A DNA stretch of 63,470 bases, filler included, from Octopus bimaculoides (GCF_001194135.2; 6 parts of 5 records of this genome joined end to end with filler, not necessarily neighbours in it); one strand, 5' to 3'. Numbered from the whole stretch's first letter, positions 37,565-51,625 are shown. The notes: a model not told the origin generated them from the letters alone. A program made the numbers and translations.

Positions 37565-37735
37565 AGGGTGGTGAGCTGGCAGAATCGTTAGCACGCCGGG
37601 CGAACTGCTTAGCGGTATCTCGTCCGTCCTTATGTTCTGAGTTCAAATTCTACCGAAGCCGACTTTCTTTCATCCTTTCGGTGTCGAAATAAGTAGTGAA
37701 CGCTGGGTAAGAGTATCAAAACTACACCCCTCTGC
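37565..37735 (+). mobile_element. SINE family A
   Basis: Family A head and core. Confidence 0.8.
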
Positions 37736-38417
37736 CAAGTTATGTCGAACCAGTGCGACACAGTAGGCTCTTCAGACCAATATGATCTCAAGTACAAATT
37801 CACGACCTCCAAATCGGTCCGCGGTTGATGGAGAGAACAAGCTGAAGCTTTTGTCCTGCAGTGGACTAAACATAGGTAATCCAATCCAATCCAATGATTT
37901 TCATAATTAGATAAACATGCTTGGAGATTTTATTTAAATGCAAGTCATTGTTCAACGTGGGTCGGTTTTCTTAGTTCAATCTCTTTTAAATAACGTCCCT
38001 ACCATCTTGAAGATGGAATATTCAGGTTGCATACTGTACTTCAACTTTTACTATACAGTTTAGCGCGAGGTCAGTTTTGAGTGAAGAGACCTACTTGGTC
38101 TGATCTATGTCAAAAGAAGATCCCAATTGAGCCTTATAAGCGTTAGATACCTGTATCCTTTTGTCAAACTGTGGCTTTTCTCATTTTAAAGATGGTAGTG
38201 AGTGGAATTGAAGGATTGTTGGGCGACTTTTACTGGAAAGTTGAATGACAATGTAGAGGGGGCTTCAGCATAGCCAGAGCCTTTGAGCGGAAACTAATTA
38301 GAAGAGTATGCATCTAAATGGCTCGTTTTAATTACTTATTCGTAATTAAGTAACACAAAGTATAAGAAATGCCCATTAATTGGTAAAGTGTAAACAAGAA
38401 AATGTCACAACTAAAAC

Positions 38418-38562
38418 TGGCACTTCGTCGGTTACGACGAGTGTTCCAGCTGATCTGATCAACGGAACAGCCTGCTCATGAAATTAACGTCGCCGGTAAT
38501 CGAGATCACGATCTTAAGATCGTGAGCCGGATACCTCTAATCACTAAGCCACGCGCCTTCAC
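38418..38562 (-). mobile_element. SINE family C, internally deleted
   Basis: TGGCACTTCGTCGGTTACGACG tail joined to head. Confidence 0.75.
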
Positions 38563-38614
38563 TATAAAAGATACATTTAAAATATATTGATATCACATAA
38601 AGTAAAATCAGCTT

Positions 38615-38800
38615 TGTGGTTGCTGAACCTGAGAGAAATAGCAGCTAAATGTCCCTCATATCACATTCAACTGACTTAAATAAGAAAAGAAAAAGGTACG
38701 TTAAATAATTTAGTGTTAGAAAGACTGGATTGATATAACTGGTCTGTCTTTGGACATACATCTATCTAATCAGGGTTGAGTTAAGCCTAAACAATAACAG
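38615..38800 (+). repeat. Dispersed repeat family E (related copies ~18045-18200, 34930-35110, 44410-44600 minus)
   Basis: Shared GAAATAGCAGC(C/T)AAAT.TCCCTCA.ATCACA motif. Confidence 0.55.
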
Positions 38801-38820
38801 GAATTAATCTTTGCCTCACA

Positions 38821-39012
38821 TAAGGCGGCGAGCTGGCAGAATCGTTAGCACGGCGAACAAAGTGCTTAGTGGCATTTCAAATTCCACCGTGAACGATTTG
38901 CTTTTCATCCTTTCGGAATCGATAAAATAAGTAAGAGTTGAGCACTGGGGTCGATGTAATCGACTTTACCCCTTCTACGAACTTGCTGGCCTTGTGCCAA
39001 AATTTGAAATCA
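38821..39012 (+). mobile_element. SINE family A
   Basis: TAAGGCGGCGAGCTGGCAGAATCGTTAGCAC head. Confidence 0.85.
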
Positions 39013-39477
39013 ATATTTGCTTTAGGTATTCAATCTGAGGATAAATATTCCATTTTATACCTCCAATCTCTGATAGACCAAAAAAAAAAAAAAAAAAAAA
39101 AAAAAAANNNNNNNNNNNNNNNNAAAGAAAAAAAGGGTCAGAGGTACAGTTTGGTTCTTCCTTTCTCTAAACTTCAAAACAGTAAAAAATACAAAAAAAA
39201 AACAGCAAACAAAACCCCAAAGCTAAAAAATAAACAAACAAAACTAAAATGACTATACTATAAAATTTCTCGTCCTCCTTAAACTGAGATTTTCAAATGA
39301 TATTTTAAATCACATATATCTAAAGGAAGAGACGATATTTTTTTATGTATATATTTATGATCATAGATAAAAATCAATGAAATATATCGATTATTTGCAA
39401 TGTGAACCAAAATATAAAATGAAAAACTTTCATAAAGGTAATATGCACATATGTGTGTGTATTTGTGTGTATGTGTA

Positions 39478-39514
<37 letters not shown>

Positions 39515-39761
39515 GTATGTGTACATGTATTGCTGGTTTCATGAGAATATATATACGTATATATATATGTATATATTAATAAATATATAATAAACACACA
39601 CACATACAGCACATACACACACACACACACATATATAAACAACATTAAACTGAAAAATTACACAATACTTCTAGTAGGGTGTATGTATATATGTGTGTAT
39701 ATATATTTGTATATATACATATATGTGTGTGTGTGTATGTCTATATATGTATATATGTGTG

Positions 39762-39815
<54 letters not shown>

Positions 39816-41502
39816 TATATATATATATAAACACACTAATTGAAGAACAAAAAGAGAACAGCAAGTGTCAATTGGACGTACATAATGATTACATTAGATT
39901 AATGCCAAGGGAAAGTTTTAGATGAAAAAATAAGAGTAGAAAAAACGTTTCGAGCATGGCTCTTCATCGGAGAGAGGGTAAAAAGTCCAGAGAAGAGGAA
40001 ATAGAGGAAGGAGCAGGTAGTTCGGAGAAATACACGTGTGTCATTACATGGTCAAAAAATATCTGACCGGAAGTTGGAGAGGGATAAACATTGCGGTTTT
40101 TGAAGGTAGGAGAGTGTATAATTGGCCAGTGTGTGTGCGCGCGTGTATGTGTGTGTTTGTGAGTGGATGTACTATGTGTGTGTGTGAAATATTTGTGTGC
40201 TGAGTGTATATGCTTAAGTGCATCTCTACCGATTTTCTATAGAATTTAGAACCAGCACTGAAAGTTACGATGTTTCGTAAGCAATTCGATCGACAACAGA
40301 AAAATAGGTAACTGATGTAAATGCATATTTCAGGAATTCTTGCTCTGTCTTCAGTATCACATCCAACCCATTAACCATCCATGAACACATAGCTTAAACA
40401 GTCATTAAGTTTAGCAGTGTAATACTATTGGATAGACCAATTTACATATTAAACATATTCCTGGCAATTAGTACGTTGCTATTAATTGGTGTTAGGGACA
40501 CAGCATTTCGTTGAACAACTATAATATACTACTATACAAGTATATTAAAGATTTATGTATGCGTGTGCATGTATGTGCGGGCTATGATTGTTTGTATATG
40601 AGGTGGTGGTATATGTGATCGTGTGTGTTTGTGTGTCATTGTGTGTGTCACAGTGTATGTATGTGTGTATATTGGTGTTTACAAGTGTGTGAGTGTAGAT
40701 ATGCGAGCGTGTCTATGTATATGTTTGCGTGTATATATACGCAGTAGATATGTATATTGTGTGTTTGTGCATGTGTGTAGGTGTGAGTAAATTATGTCCG
40801 TGTGTAGAAGATAAGCGGAGAGAGAAAAGGAAGCTAAATGGAAAGGGAAGGAGAATGAGAAAGATGGAAGTTAGACATACGTAAGTGTAGGAACGAAATT
40901 TGCTTTGCGGGTACAAACCCAATTTTTCAGGAGGATGTTCAAAGCGTTTTCATTGCCCATAGAATTTTAGGGGTGCACTTGCCACCCACCTGTACCCCTG
41001 TTCCTGAGCCTATGAAGTTGGAAGCTATTATAAGAAAGAGGTGTGTGTGTTACGTTCCAAAAGGCGTATGAGTTCATAATAAAATGAAGCGTTGCTCCTT
41101 ACGAAGTTTGGTTGGAATTGAACCATGTTGTAAGGCTAAATCGAATACTATGAGGTGTTGGGTGGAATGGTTGGTGGAGCAAAATTGCAGGCGTTATATA
41201 AAGAAGGGTATTTATTTATGAATTTTTACAAGGTAAAAGTTTACAGTGACTTCGAAGTTTTAGCTTCTTAGTCAGTCTGATGTCAGCTTATAAACCGAAA
41301 ATTCGGAATATTAGTTAATTATTTCCTTTACACCCCCCCCACACGCACGCACACGCACGCACACGCACACGCACGCACACACACGCACACACACGCACAC
41401 AAATATATATTTGGTGTGTGCGTGTATGTGCGCGCGTGTGCGTGTATCTGTGTGTATGTAAGTATATATTTCTATGCATGTATACATAGCTTATAAATAT
41501 GT

Positions 41503-41672
41503 AGGCGCAGGAGTGGCTGTGTGGTTACAATTTTGCTTCCCAACAATATGGTTCAGAGTGCAGTCCCACTGCGTGACACCTTGAGCAAGTTTTCTACCAT
41601 AGCCCTGAGCCGACCAAAGCCTCGTGAGTGGATTTGATAGACAGAAACTGAAAGAAGCCTATTACATATATG

Positions 41673-41710
<38 letters not shown>

Positions 41711-41910
41711 GTATCTTTGTGTCTGTTTCTTTCCACGCACCGCTTTACGACCGGTGATGGTATGTTTATGCCCTCGGAACTTGGTGGTACGATACTGACA
41801 GTACTAGGCTTAAAAAAGTAAAGTATTAAGTCGATTCATTTGACCAAAATTCCTCAAGGCAATGCTCCAGCATGGCCGCAGTCTAATGACAAACGAGTAA
41901 AAGATAAAAG
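41503..41910 (+). mobile_element. SINE family B
   Basis: Head GGCGCAGGAGTGGCTGTGTGG, internal (GT)n, conserved tail. Confidence 0.88.
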
Positions 41911-41938
41911 ATTTGTATGTATGCGTGTGCACTCACGA

Positions 41939-42014
<76 letters not shown>

Positions 42015-43219
42015 GCATGTGACTGACTTCCGCAGTTGACTCAAGCTTGGAATTTATCCGTAAAGGAGTGTCTATCGATTAATTTATAATTCACAAATCA
42101 ACACTCATTGATTATTAGTTTTTTTTTCTTTCGCTGAATCTTGTATTAATCACTGGATTAGCAGAATCGTTAGTGCGTCGAACAAAATAACGTACAATAC
42201 TTGCTCCGGCCCGTAACGTTCTGAGTTCACATTTTATCAATATTTAATTAATCTTTCATTCTTCTGTGTCGATAAAATGACAATCTGGGCTTGACAGTGA
42301 ATGGGGTGGGGTGATGTCGGTTTATGCGATTGCTAGGTCGTTGAATGTGTGTTGTTCTGGTTATTTACAGTCAGAATTTGCCACTCTTCACCAGACCATG
42401 CCTATATTTTGGATAACATCTATAGTATTAAGATGAGAAACTGGCTACATAGGTAATTTCTGTCTACCATAAAAGAAATATTGTCCAGGCCTGTACCTTG
42501 GGTTCTAATGTATGGTTAGCCTTGACCGATGGAAGCCTTAGATTAACCACAGAAGCCAATTTGATTTGGTTCCCGAGGAAACCTAGTTGGAAGGAATACC
42601 GATGTTGGTATCCTGTTATGGACTTGCAAGTGTATCCATAGGTGAGGCACTTAATTCTCCATGGTCCATTTTATAAAGAAACTGTTGCTGTTGTGAAAAG
42701 ATGTTTCACAAAGAGCGACTCAGACTTGCTCATCGTCTAGGAATGTTTGTAGATGTCACAGCCTCGGCATATATTAAGCACATCAACAGCCACGGTACAC
42801 TACATCCCCTGTACAGCAGATTATCAGCCGATAAACTAGACCATTTAAATGCACCCGCTCCTTGCCACAAGGAACGAAAGAATAAAGATCCTTTTTGAAC
42901 AGATGAAAACTAACATAAAGAACGGCAGTTAGGGGACAAATGTATCTCAATCTCTGTTCGTCTTGTCAAACATGGCTTGTATGCAAGCAAAAGAAATTTC
43001 GTGGGGAAATGACAATCAGTTATATCTCTCCCATACATGACTACAAAATTAGTTTACCGAACCTGAAGGAATGAGAAACCGAGAAACAGAGTTGACTTCA
43101 GCGGGGTTTAAACTCATTTACCTAAAGTGACAGAACAAACACTGCAAGGCATTTTGTCCCACAATGCCACCAATTCACGGTCCTTTTACCAAATAATGTC
43201 AGCAAACAACAATAATAAT

Positions 43220-43560
43220 GATTTCAAATTTTGGCACAGGGCCAGCAGTATTTGCGGAGAGGGAAATTTTATTGACCCCGAAAGGATGAAAGGCAAAGTC
43301 GATCTCAGCGGAATTTGAACTCGGAATGTAAAGTCGGAAGAAATGCCGCTAAGCATTTTTTTCTGATACGCTAACGATTCTGCCAACTCGTTGCCTTAGT
43401 AACATCACTAATAATGGTTACTAACTTTGGACACAATGCCGGCAACTTTTGGGAGGAAAAGGAATTCGATTACATCAATTCCATCGACTTGCTGGTACTT
43501 TATTTTATCGATCCTGAAAAGATGAAAAGCAATATTTAGCTTCGGCGGTGTTTGAATGTT
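43220..43560 (-). mobile_element. Two tandem SINE family A copies
   Basis: Family A consensus at 43220-43398 and 43415-43560. Confidence 0.8.
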
Positions 43561-43594
43561 TGAATTCAGAGCGAAAGGATTTGGAAGAAGCAAG

Positions 43595-43595
43595 T

Positions 43596-43652
<57 letters not shown>

Positions 43653-43653
43653 G

Positions 43654-43716
<63 letters not shown>
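43595..43716. repeat. Compound (AAC)n(ACT)n microsatellite
   Basis: Direct reading. Confidence 0.95.
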
Positions 43717-44640
43717 AATTTGTCCAAAATAAATTTCGTGTTGAGTTCAAAACGTCAAAGGGTTATTGTTATATGAAATTTTCAAGATAAGTTGCAATAG
43801 TAAATGGAAATTAAACAAAAAAGACAAAAAAGAAATATTTATTAGCTTTGCAGAAGCAGAGTTTATCAGAAATCTAAATATTAAGTTGACGTTCCTTGCG
43901 GCGGAAATCTTCGATGCTTTTTTCTTTCTTTTGTTTGTTTTTGTTTTGTTTTCGTTTGTTTAGGGTTCAGCCTACCTTTGGAAATGCAGGAGGGAGACTT
44001 CCCTCAAGCAACTAGTGACGCTGTCTTCATCTGCCAACAAACATTTGCAAAATAAAGATGGCCGCTATGACATCTCATTTCTAGCAGTAATGTAACTTCC
44101 AGCAATGGAGGTTTTGTTTCTAAGTTAGAAACCAATATTTTCTATAAAAGAAGAATTAAAGAATGAAAAAAAAGAACAAAAAAAAAAACGAAATGCACAC
44201 ATGCATACATACATACATGCATACACCCTTATACATATATACAATTAGTCCGTGAGTAATATGTTGGAAGCCTACAGCAAACAATCTATAGTTTTTAAAT
44301 CTGTCTTACTCTTGTATTGTAGACATGCTGGAGCACCATCCTGAATAATTTAGACTACCAAATCGACCCCAGCACTCATTTTAAAGCCTGGTACTTTCTG
44401 TCTTAAAGAATTACAACAAGCCTGTTATATAGCTGTTAATTGTGATAGACTATGGTTGAAGGGTAATCAAGCCGTGACCATCCATGCATATTTCTATATG
44501 CACGGTCCCATAGACACATAAAACTACGAGTTCATTTTATGACGGCAGAATATCATTCGAGGAAGATTTGCCTGCTATTTCCAGCACTTTGAGTGACCAT
44601 GTTCATGCAGAAGTTTTGAAAAGGAAACTCCACTAGTATT

Positions 44641-44838
44641 CCGCCCGGCGTGTTAACGTTTCTTATTTCTTTATTGCCCACAAGGGGCTAAACATAGAGG
44701 GGACAGACAAGGACAGACAACGGGATTAAGTCAATTACATCGACCCAAGCGTGTAACTGGTATTTAATTTATCGACTCCGAAAGGATGAAAGGTAAAGTC
44801 GACCCTGGCGGAATTTGAACTCACAACGTATCGGCAGT
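44641..44838 (-). mobile_element. SINE variant A2 (family A head and core, distinct tail)
   Basis: Near-identical to 61164-61415. Confidence 0.9.
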
Positions 44839-45009
44839 CGAGATACCGATAAGCATTTCGCCCGGCGTGCTAACGTTTCTGCCAGCTCACCGCCTTAGTG
44901 GTATTGTATATTGTTTTAGCAACAAATCCTACCATACTGGAATCGATAGCAATCAACTTTGCAGGAAATATATTCAAGTATAAATTTTATATATCTTTTA
45001 TCTTTTCTT

Positions 45010-45397
45010 TTTACTTTTACTTGTTTCGGTCATTAGAATGCGGCCATACTGGAGCACGCCTTGAAAAATGTGTAGTCGAATGAATCGACCTCTGCGTTTA
45101 TTTTTGTTAAGCCTGTTATTTATTCTATCGGTTTCTTTTGTCGTGCTGTCAAGTTACGGTGACATAAAGACACCAGCACCGGTTGTCCATCAGTGGTAGG
45201 GGACAAACACAGACACAAGCACACACACACACACACATACGATGAGCTTCCACATACGATAACCAAATCAATTCACGCGGCTTTGGTCGGCCCGAGGCTA
45301 TAGTAGAAGGCACTTACCCAAGGTGCCACGCAGTGGGACTGAACCCGAAACTATGTTTTGGAAGCAAGCTTCTTACCACACAGCCAAGCCTGTGCTT
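45010..45397 (-). mobile_element. SINE family B
   Basis: Family B consensus. Confidence 0.85.
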
Positions 45398-46329
45398 ATA
45401 CATAGATATTTATTATAAATAATGTTTCACTAATTCTTGTATCACGTGGAAAGACATCGGGATGTGATTCTTTTTCATCAATTCACTGGCGACTCGTAGG
45501 ATGGTGTTCTCCTTCAGACTCTTACTTGATGTATCTATTCTTAGCTGTTATATTGAACGTACTGTCTGAGCGATACCATTCTGCACTCAAAGAAAGCTAT
45601 CGATATCGAACTTAAGCTTCTTTCCATCTATTTTCGTCTTTGTCCAAATCTCTTCTCATTATCATCTCAGGAGTTTACTAAAAGTTTCTCAACATCATGT
45701 GGACCTTTAGAGCATCAAAAAAAGAAAACAAAAAAAAACAACAAAAAATACTGTTTAGTTTAGTATCTCTTGTGGTATATCCACAAGAGATACTAAGCTG
45801 TAAAGTATAACCACCAGATACCTTGTAAAAGAAATGGCCTTGAATTTATTGCCAGAATAAACCGAAACAGACAGATTTCTTAGATTATTTCTTCAAAAAC
45901 ATTCCTGTATGTATGTTTTGCATTGAGATTTATGGAAGTTCTTTTGCAATGAATTCAAACCATTCACTAACAGAACTTCTTTGTTTGAGTAGAGATAGTT
46001 CCAGAGGTGAGTATATAAGTTAGTGTGTGTAAATATTTAGAAGTGTATGTGGGCGTATGCGTGCTTGTGTTTGTGTGTGAGTGTGTGCGTGTGCATATAT
46101 TCACACTCATGTGATGCTTGTGCAAGTCGCTTTTGTATACGAGTATGTGTGTTTGATTATGTATGTGTGAGAATGCCATATGCATATGTTCATTCTAGGA
46201 GCTCAACTTGAGAAACCTGGCAATCTGTAAATCTTTGTCACTATATTACTAATCGATTATACTTGAAGGATGTAAGTGGGTTTCTTTTGTTCTTAGTTCA
46301 GTATCCACACAATTAATTGTACATATGAA

Positions 46330-46680
46330 AATCTTTAGCCCAGATATAAGAGCTGCAAGTTTCCCCTCGATTACTTCACCACAGATATTTGTTTTTTTTT
46401 CCAAAACTTTTGGTGATACTTTCACATCACCTGTACACCCTATCCTTTAAACTATGCATGTCTTTTGTTCCTTATTCTGTAGAACAATATCAGATCTGCT
46501 GCTTCGGGATGTTGATTTTATTAGAATGTTCCACCTGCACACCTTATTTTGTATAGGTATGCTACATTTTGGTCTTGCTGCATATTTGCTGTCTTTCAGG
46601 ACAATCTTCCATGCAGATAGCGTTATAAATATTTTCTGGCACCAATGTCATGTCTCACGAGAGGGCAACAGGATAAAAAA
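46330..46680 (-). pseudogene. R4/Dong-type LINE remnant: RHD motif and REL endonuclease region
   Basis: RHDIGA..YNAICMEDCPE, then WNILIKSTSRSSRSDIVLQNKEQKTCI, resembling WD.PI.T......RPDIVI.DK..KTCL. Confidence 0.7.
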
Positions 46681-46959
46681 GGAAATAAAATTAAAAAAAA
46701 TAAAAACACTGAAGAATTACATATTAAGCCTTATAGTAGTCTTGCATATTTCTCTCTTTCGCTGACAGATTGTACCTGCAAAGAGACTGCCGCCCAAATA
46801 TTTACTAACATAACCTAACACACCAATGATTATTGGTACAATATTATTGGCGAATTTATAATCAGAGAATAGAACCTGCTGGTTTCGAAGCATTTGTCCA
46901 TGAATATCCTGCTTTTTGCTGATTTTAGAAGAGATTCAAAAAGATTTTTTTTTATCTTT

Positions 46960-47474
46960 TATTTTTCACTTGTTTCAGTCATTAGCCTGCGGCCATGCTG
47001 GGGCACCACACGATTCCTGTACTGCTTTTTTAAGCCTGATGCTTATTCTATTGTTCTCTTTTGAGGAACCTGTTGTAAATCAGTGGTGAGAGGACACACA
47101 CATAAATACACAAACATAATTACGTACACATATACATACATACATACATATATACATACATACATACATACACATACATACATACATACACACACATACA
47201 TACATACATACATACACACATACATACACACATACACACATACATACACACATACATAAGTACATACATAGATACATACATACACATACATACATACATG
47301 CATATACACACATACATACACACACATACATACACGCATACATACACATACATACACACATNNNNNNNNNNACATACATACATACAGTCAGTTTCCGTCT
47401 AAACATGCAGTTATGTGCATGAGAATACATACATAAAACAAAACATACAAATCTACTCATATACATACCTGTAT

Positions 47475-47513
<39 letters not shown>

Positions 47514-47571
47514 CACACACACGCACACACACACGCAAATTCGCACAAACACACACAAACTCACACACAAA

Positions 47572-47604
<33 letters not shown>

Positions 47605-47760
47605 ACGACGTGCTTCTGTCTGTTTCCCTCTACCAAATCCACTCACAAGCCTTCAGTCAGACCAAGCTATAGTTGAAGACACTTGCCCAAAGTATCACGC
47701 AGTGGTACTGAACCTGGAATCATGTGGTTGGGAAGTAAGCTTCTCACCACACGCTCACGC
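46960..47760 (-). mobile_element. SINE family B expanded by long (CATA)n/(CA)n arrays
   Basis: 3' half at 46960-47110, 5' half at 47600-47760. Confidence 0.85.
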
Positions 47761-48261
47761 TTGCTTACTGAGCAACAGACTTTTATGACTGTTCATGACG
47801 TCTCTTTTATGTCCCCAAACGACAGTATTACATATGTTATATTTGAACTTTTAAAAAAGTTTTGAAGGCAATGTGCTTGCAATATTTCCTGTAATGATAT
47901 GTAAGTATTCAATAATAGAGGAATTGCCTATATTTATTGTAGAGTAACCTTTCTTACGAAATGCACTGTATATTGCTTTAACAACAGCATCAAGCCGCAG
48001 TGGAAGGAGGAATCATGCTGATATTTTGTGGCAGCTGCTGATCACATGTGTAATGTCTTTCGTAGAAATGTGACATAATCGATATTTTCGGTTACATCTT
48101 GGGCGTTTAAGGGCTTCACTGTCTCTTTTAATCATTAAATATATTGTAGTTATCTGATGCTCTTGAATTACAAAAGCATAATCTTCAAAACGTGACGTGA
48201 TGTAACGGTCCCAGGCCCAAGAGAAACTACAAGTAATGTTAATATTATCATCATTATCGTT

Positions 48262-48468
48262 TAAGGCGGCGAGATGGCGGAGTTGTTACCGTGCCAGACA
48301 AAATGCTTAACGACATTTTTCCTGATTTTAATTTCTGAGTTCATTTGCTGCCAGGGTTGACTTTACCTTTCATCCTCTCGGGGTCGATAAAATAAGTACC
48401 ACTGGGATCGACGTAATCAACTCAACTACCCCCTAAATAGCTGGCCTTGTGCCAAAATTTGAAACCAA
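48262..48468 (+). mobile_element. SINE family A nested in the LINE remnant
   Basis: Family A consensus. Confidence 0.8.
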
Positions 48469-48974
48469 TATAATCATCATCCTCAAGTTAATGGAAACGT
48501 ACCTGTTGTGTCGACGCCCCCAGGCGAAGAATTAGAATCTCCCAAGACATATAAATAGAGGTAGTCTGGCCGTGGTAGGAGTGTTGAGAAGCAATCGAGT
48601 AGCAGTTGTGTAGCGGTTGAGTAGAGATCATCCGAAGGTGCTAGATAGCAGTAGCTTGAGACATAACAGTACCCTTGTACAACATTTTTGTGGTATGCAA
48701 AATGTTACTTCTCCAAGACTTTGTTGAAATGCTCAAGTCCTGAAAATATGTGGTCACATACGTAGAGGGTCATCTGGAAGTGAGCCCTTCTTGAGGAGTT
48801 CACTTTTCTAGGATGTTATTCTCTTCCTTTTTGAGAGTTTAGTTAATGTTTTGATGGCTGATGTTTAAGACTCTGTGTGACTCTACACAACACTCAAAGT
48901 TTATACTAATCTTTCCTCTTAAGATAGAACTGACAATATCACTGTTCATATGAAAACTTACAGTTATGTAAGGA

Positions 48975-49276
48975 GTTCACAGTATCACGGGTATCGATCA
49001 GTTATTGGATGTTGTTATACATCGCTAGTCACGATGCATTTCGAGTCGTTTTAGCTCTCGAATGATACTATCGCTATGGCTACGCAAGCAGGCCAACATC
49101 CTCCATGTAACCTCTGAGCGGAAGGTTAGTCCATCATGAGATGGATCCATTTACAGCTGAGTGAACTGGAGCAATGTGAAACGAAGATAACATAACGCGC
49201 AACCAGTTTGAGGATCAAAACTACAATCGCATGATCGTGAATACAACACCCCTATCCGCTGGGCCACGCGCCTTCA
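48975..49276 (-). mobile_element. Full-length tRNA-derived SINE (family D-related head) with 10-bp target-site duplication
   Basis: TATGTAAGGA at 48965-48974 and 49277-49286. Removing the insert rejoins LINE peptide ILT/SFHMNSD. Confidence 0.85.
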
Positions 49277-49532
49277 TATGTAAGGATATTGCAGGTTTTA
49301 ATATCTATGATGTGTATTTCCTCCATAAGCCAGTCAGATATCTCAGCTGCTGATTACCAGTTTTGTTACTGAAAATGCGATATAATACATTATTTTGTGA
49401 AAGAAAACCTTCTACTATCATATTTTTTAAAGTCTGGCACAATATTCTTCAGTCGATCTATTTTTGTTCACAACCCCTGCTCAATAAATTTGCCAATATT
49501 TAGATACTTGTTGTATTCTTGTGGAACAGGAG

Positions 49533-49568
<36 letters not shown>

Positions 49569-49789
49569 CATTCATGTAAAAATTGCTGGATTTGGAAGCA
49601 GTTCTCCTACATACCAAATATAAATATTTCTTTTGGCCAAATTCCATCCTTATATCAGCAGAAAATGGTCCTAGATCCAACTATTTTCAGGTATGGGGAA
49701 TATTTCTAATAGCTCTTTAAACCGCCCACGAAAGAATTTGTGTTCCACATTAATGTCATTGGCTGTTTAGTACTCTAGCACATAACTTT

Positions 49790-50061
49790 TATCTTTTACT
49801 TGTTTCAGTCATTAGACTGCGGCCATGCTGGGGCACAACCATCAAGAATTTTAGTCGAACAACTCGACCACAGTACTTGTTCTTTTTGTAAAGCCTAGTA
49901 CTTATTTTATCGGTCTTTTTGCTGAACCACTAAGATACGGGAACGTAAATACACCAACACCGCTTGTCAAGTGGTGGTGGGGAACAAACACAGACACAAA
50001 GACACATTCATTTCATATACATACATACACACATACATTCATACACACACATACACGCGCG

Positions 50062-50094
<33 letters not shown>

Positions 50095-50222
50095 ATGACG
50101 AGCTTTATCAGTTTTAGTCGAATGAATCGACATCAGCGCTTATTTTTGTTAAGCCCGCTAAGTTACGGTGACATAAAGACACAAACACCGGTTATCAATC
50201 TGTGGCAGTCGACAAACACACA

Positions 50223-50263
<41 letters not shown>

Positions 50264-50415
50264 GACGGGCTTTTTCAGTTTCCGTCTACCAAATCTATTC
50301 TCAAGGCTTTGGTCAACCCGAGACTATAGTCGAAGACACTTGCCTAAGGTGCCACCCAATGGGACTGAACCCGGAACCACGTAGTTGGGAAGCAAGCTTC
50401 TTACCACACATCCCA
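49790..50415 (-). mobile_element. Tandem/chimeric SINE family B
   Basis: 3' half, microsatellite, second partial 3' half, microsatellite, 5' half. Confidence 0.8.
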
Positions 50416-50565
50416 CGTCTAGCCACTAGATTTATTTAAAAGATAAAACCAGGGGATTTAGAACCGAAAGAAATGGAAGCAAATACGGATTTCCATCCTG
50501 GAATATCTTTCAGAAACATCTATAAAACATCAAAGATCATCGTTCTATTTTTAGCTACAGCTACA

Positions 50566-50838
50566 GGAGGTGCAATGGCCCAGTGGTTAGGGCAGCGGAC
50601 TAGCGGTCATAAGATCGCGGTTTCGATCCCCAGACTGGGCATTGTGAGTGTTTATTGAGTGAAAACACCTAAAGCTCCACGAAGCTCCGACAGGGGTGGT
50701 GGCGAACCCTGCTGTACTCTTTCACCACAACTTTCTCTCACTCTTACTTCCTGTTTCTGTTGTGCCTGTAATTCAAAGGGTCAGCCTTGTCACACTGTGT
50801 CACGCTGAATATCCCCGAGAACTACGTTAAGGGTACAC
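50566..50838 (+). mobile_element. SINE family C (runs into a gap)
   Basis: Near-identical to the reverse complement of 24730-25004. Confidence 0.9.
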
Positions 50839-51564
50839 NNNNNNNNNNNNNNNNNNNNNNNNNNNNNNNNNNNNNNNNNNNNNNNNNNNNNNNNNNNNNN
50901 NNNNNNNNNNNNNNNNNNNNNNNNNNNNNNNNNNNNNNNNNNNNNNNNNNNNNNNNNNNNNNNNNNNNNNNNNNNNNNNNNNNNNNNNNNNNNNNNNNNN
51001 NNNNNNNNNNNNNNNNNNNNNNNNNNNNNNNNNNNNNNNNNNNNNNNNNNNNNNNNNNNNNNNNNNNNNNNNNNNNNNNNNNNNNNNNNNNNNNNNNNNN
51101 NNNNNNNNNNNNNNNNNNNNNNNNNNNNNNNNNNNNNNNNNNNNNNNNNNNNNNNNNNNNNNNNNNNNNNNNNNNNNNNNNNNNNNNNNNNNNNNNNNNN
51201 NNNNNNNNNNNNNNNNNNNNNNNNNNNNNNNNNNNNNNNNNNNNNNNNNNNNNNNNNNNNNNNNNNNNNNNNNNNNNNNNNNNNNNNNNNNNNNNNNNNN
51301 NNNNNNNNNNNNNNNNNNNNNNNNNNNNNNNNNNNNNNNNNNNNNNNNNNNNNNNNNNNNNNNNNNNNNNNNNNNNNNNNNNNNNNNNNNNNNNNNNNNN
51401 NNNNNNNNNNNNNNNNNNNNNNNNNNNNNNNNNNNNNNNNNNNNNNNNNNNNNNNNNNNNNNNNNNNNNNNNNNNNNNNNNNNNNNNNNNNNNNNNNNNN
51501 NNNNNNNNNNNNNNNNNNNNNNNNNNNNNNNNNNNNNNNNNNNNNNNNNNNNNNNNNNNNNNNN

Positions 51565-51625
<61 letters not shown>

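Larger units (their letters stand above)
47870..49700 (-). pseudogene. R4/Dong-type LINE remnant (RT end, thumb, CCHC zinc knuckle) with nested SINEs
   Basis: FSADIRMEFGQKK, YNKYLNI, EEYCARL, DWLMEEIHIIDIKTCNILT, SFHMNSDI, YRLCHISTKDITHVISSCHKISA*FLLPLRLDAVVKAIY, in collinear order. Confidence 0.85.

Noticed and set aside
42489-42641. 50-codon open frame followed by GTGAGG
   Set aside because: No polypyrimidine acceptor, ends in a stop, and no recognisable domain.
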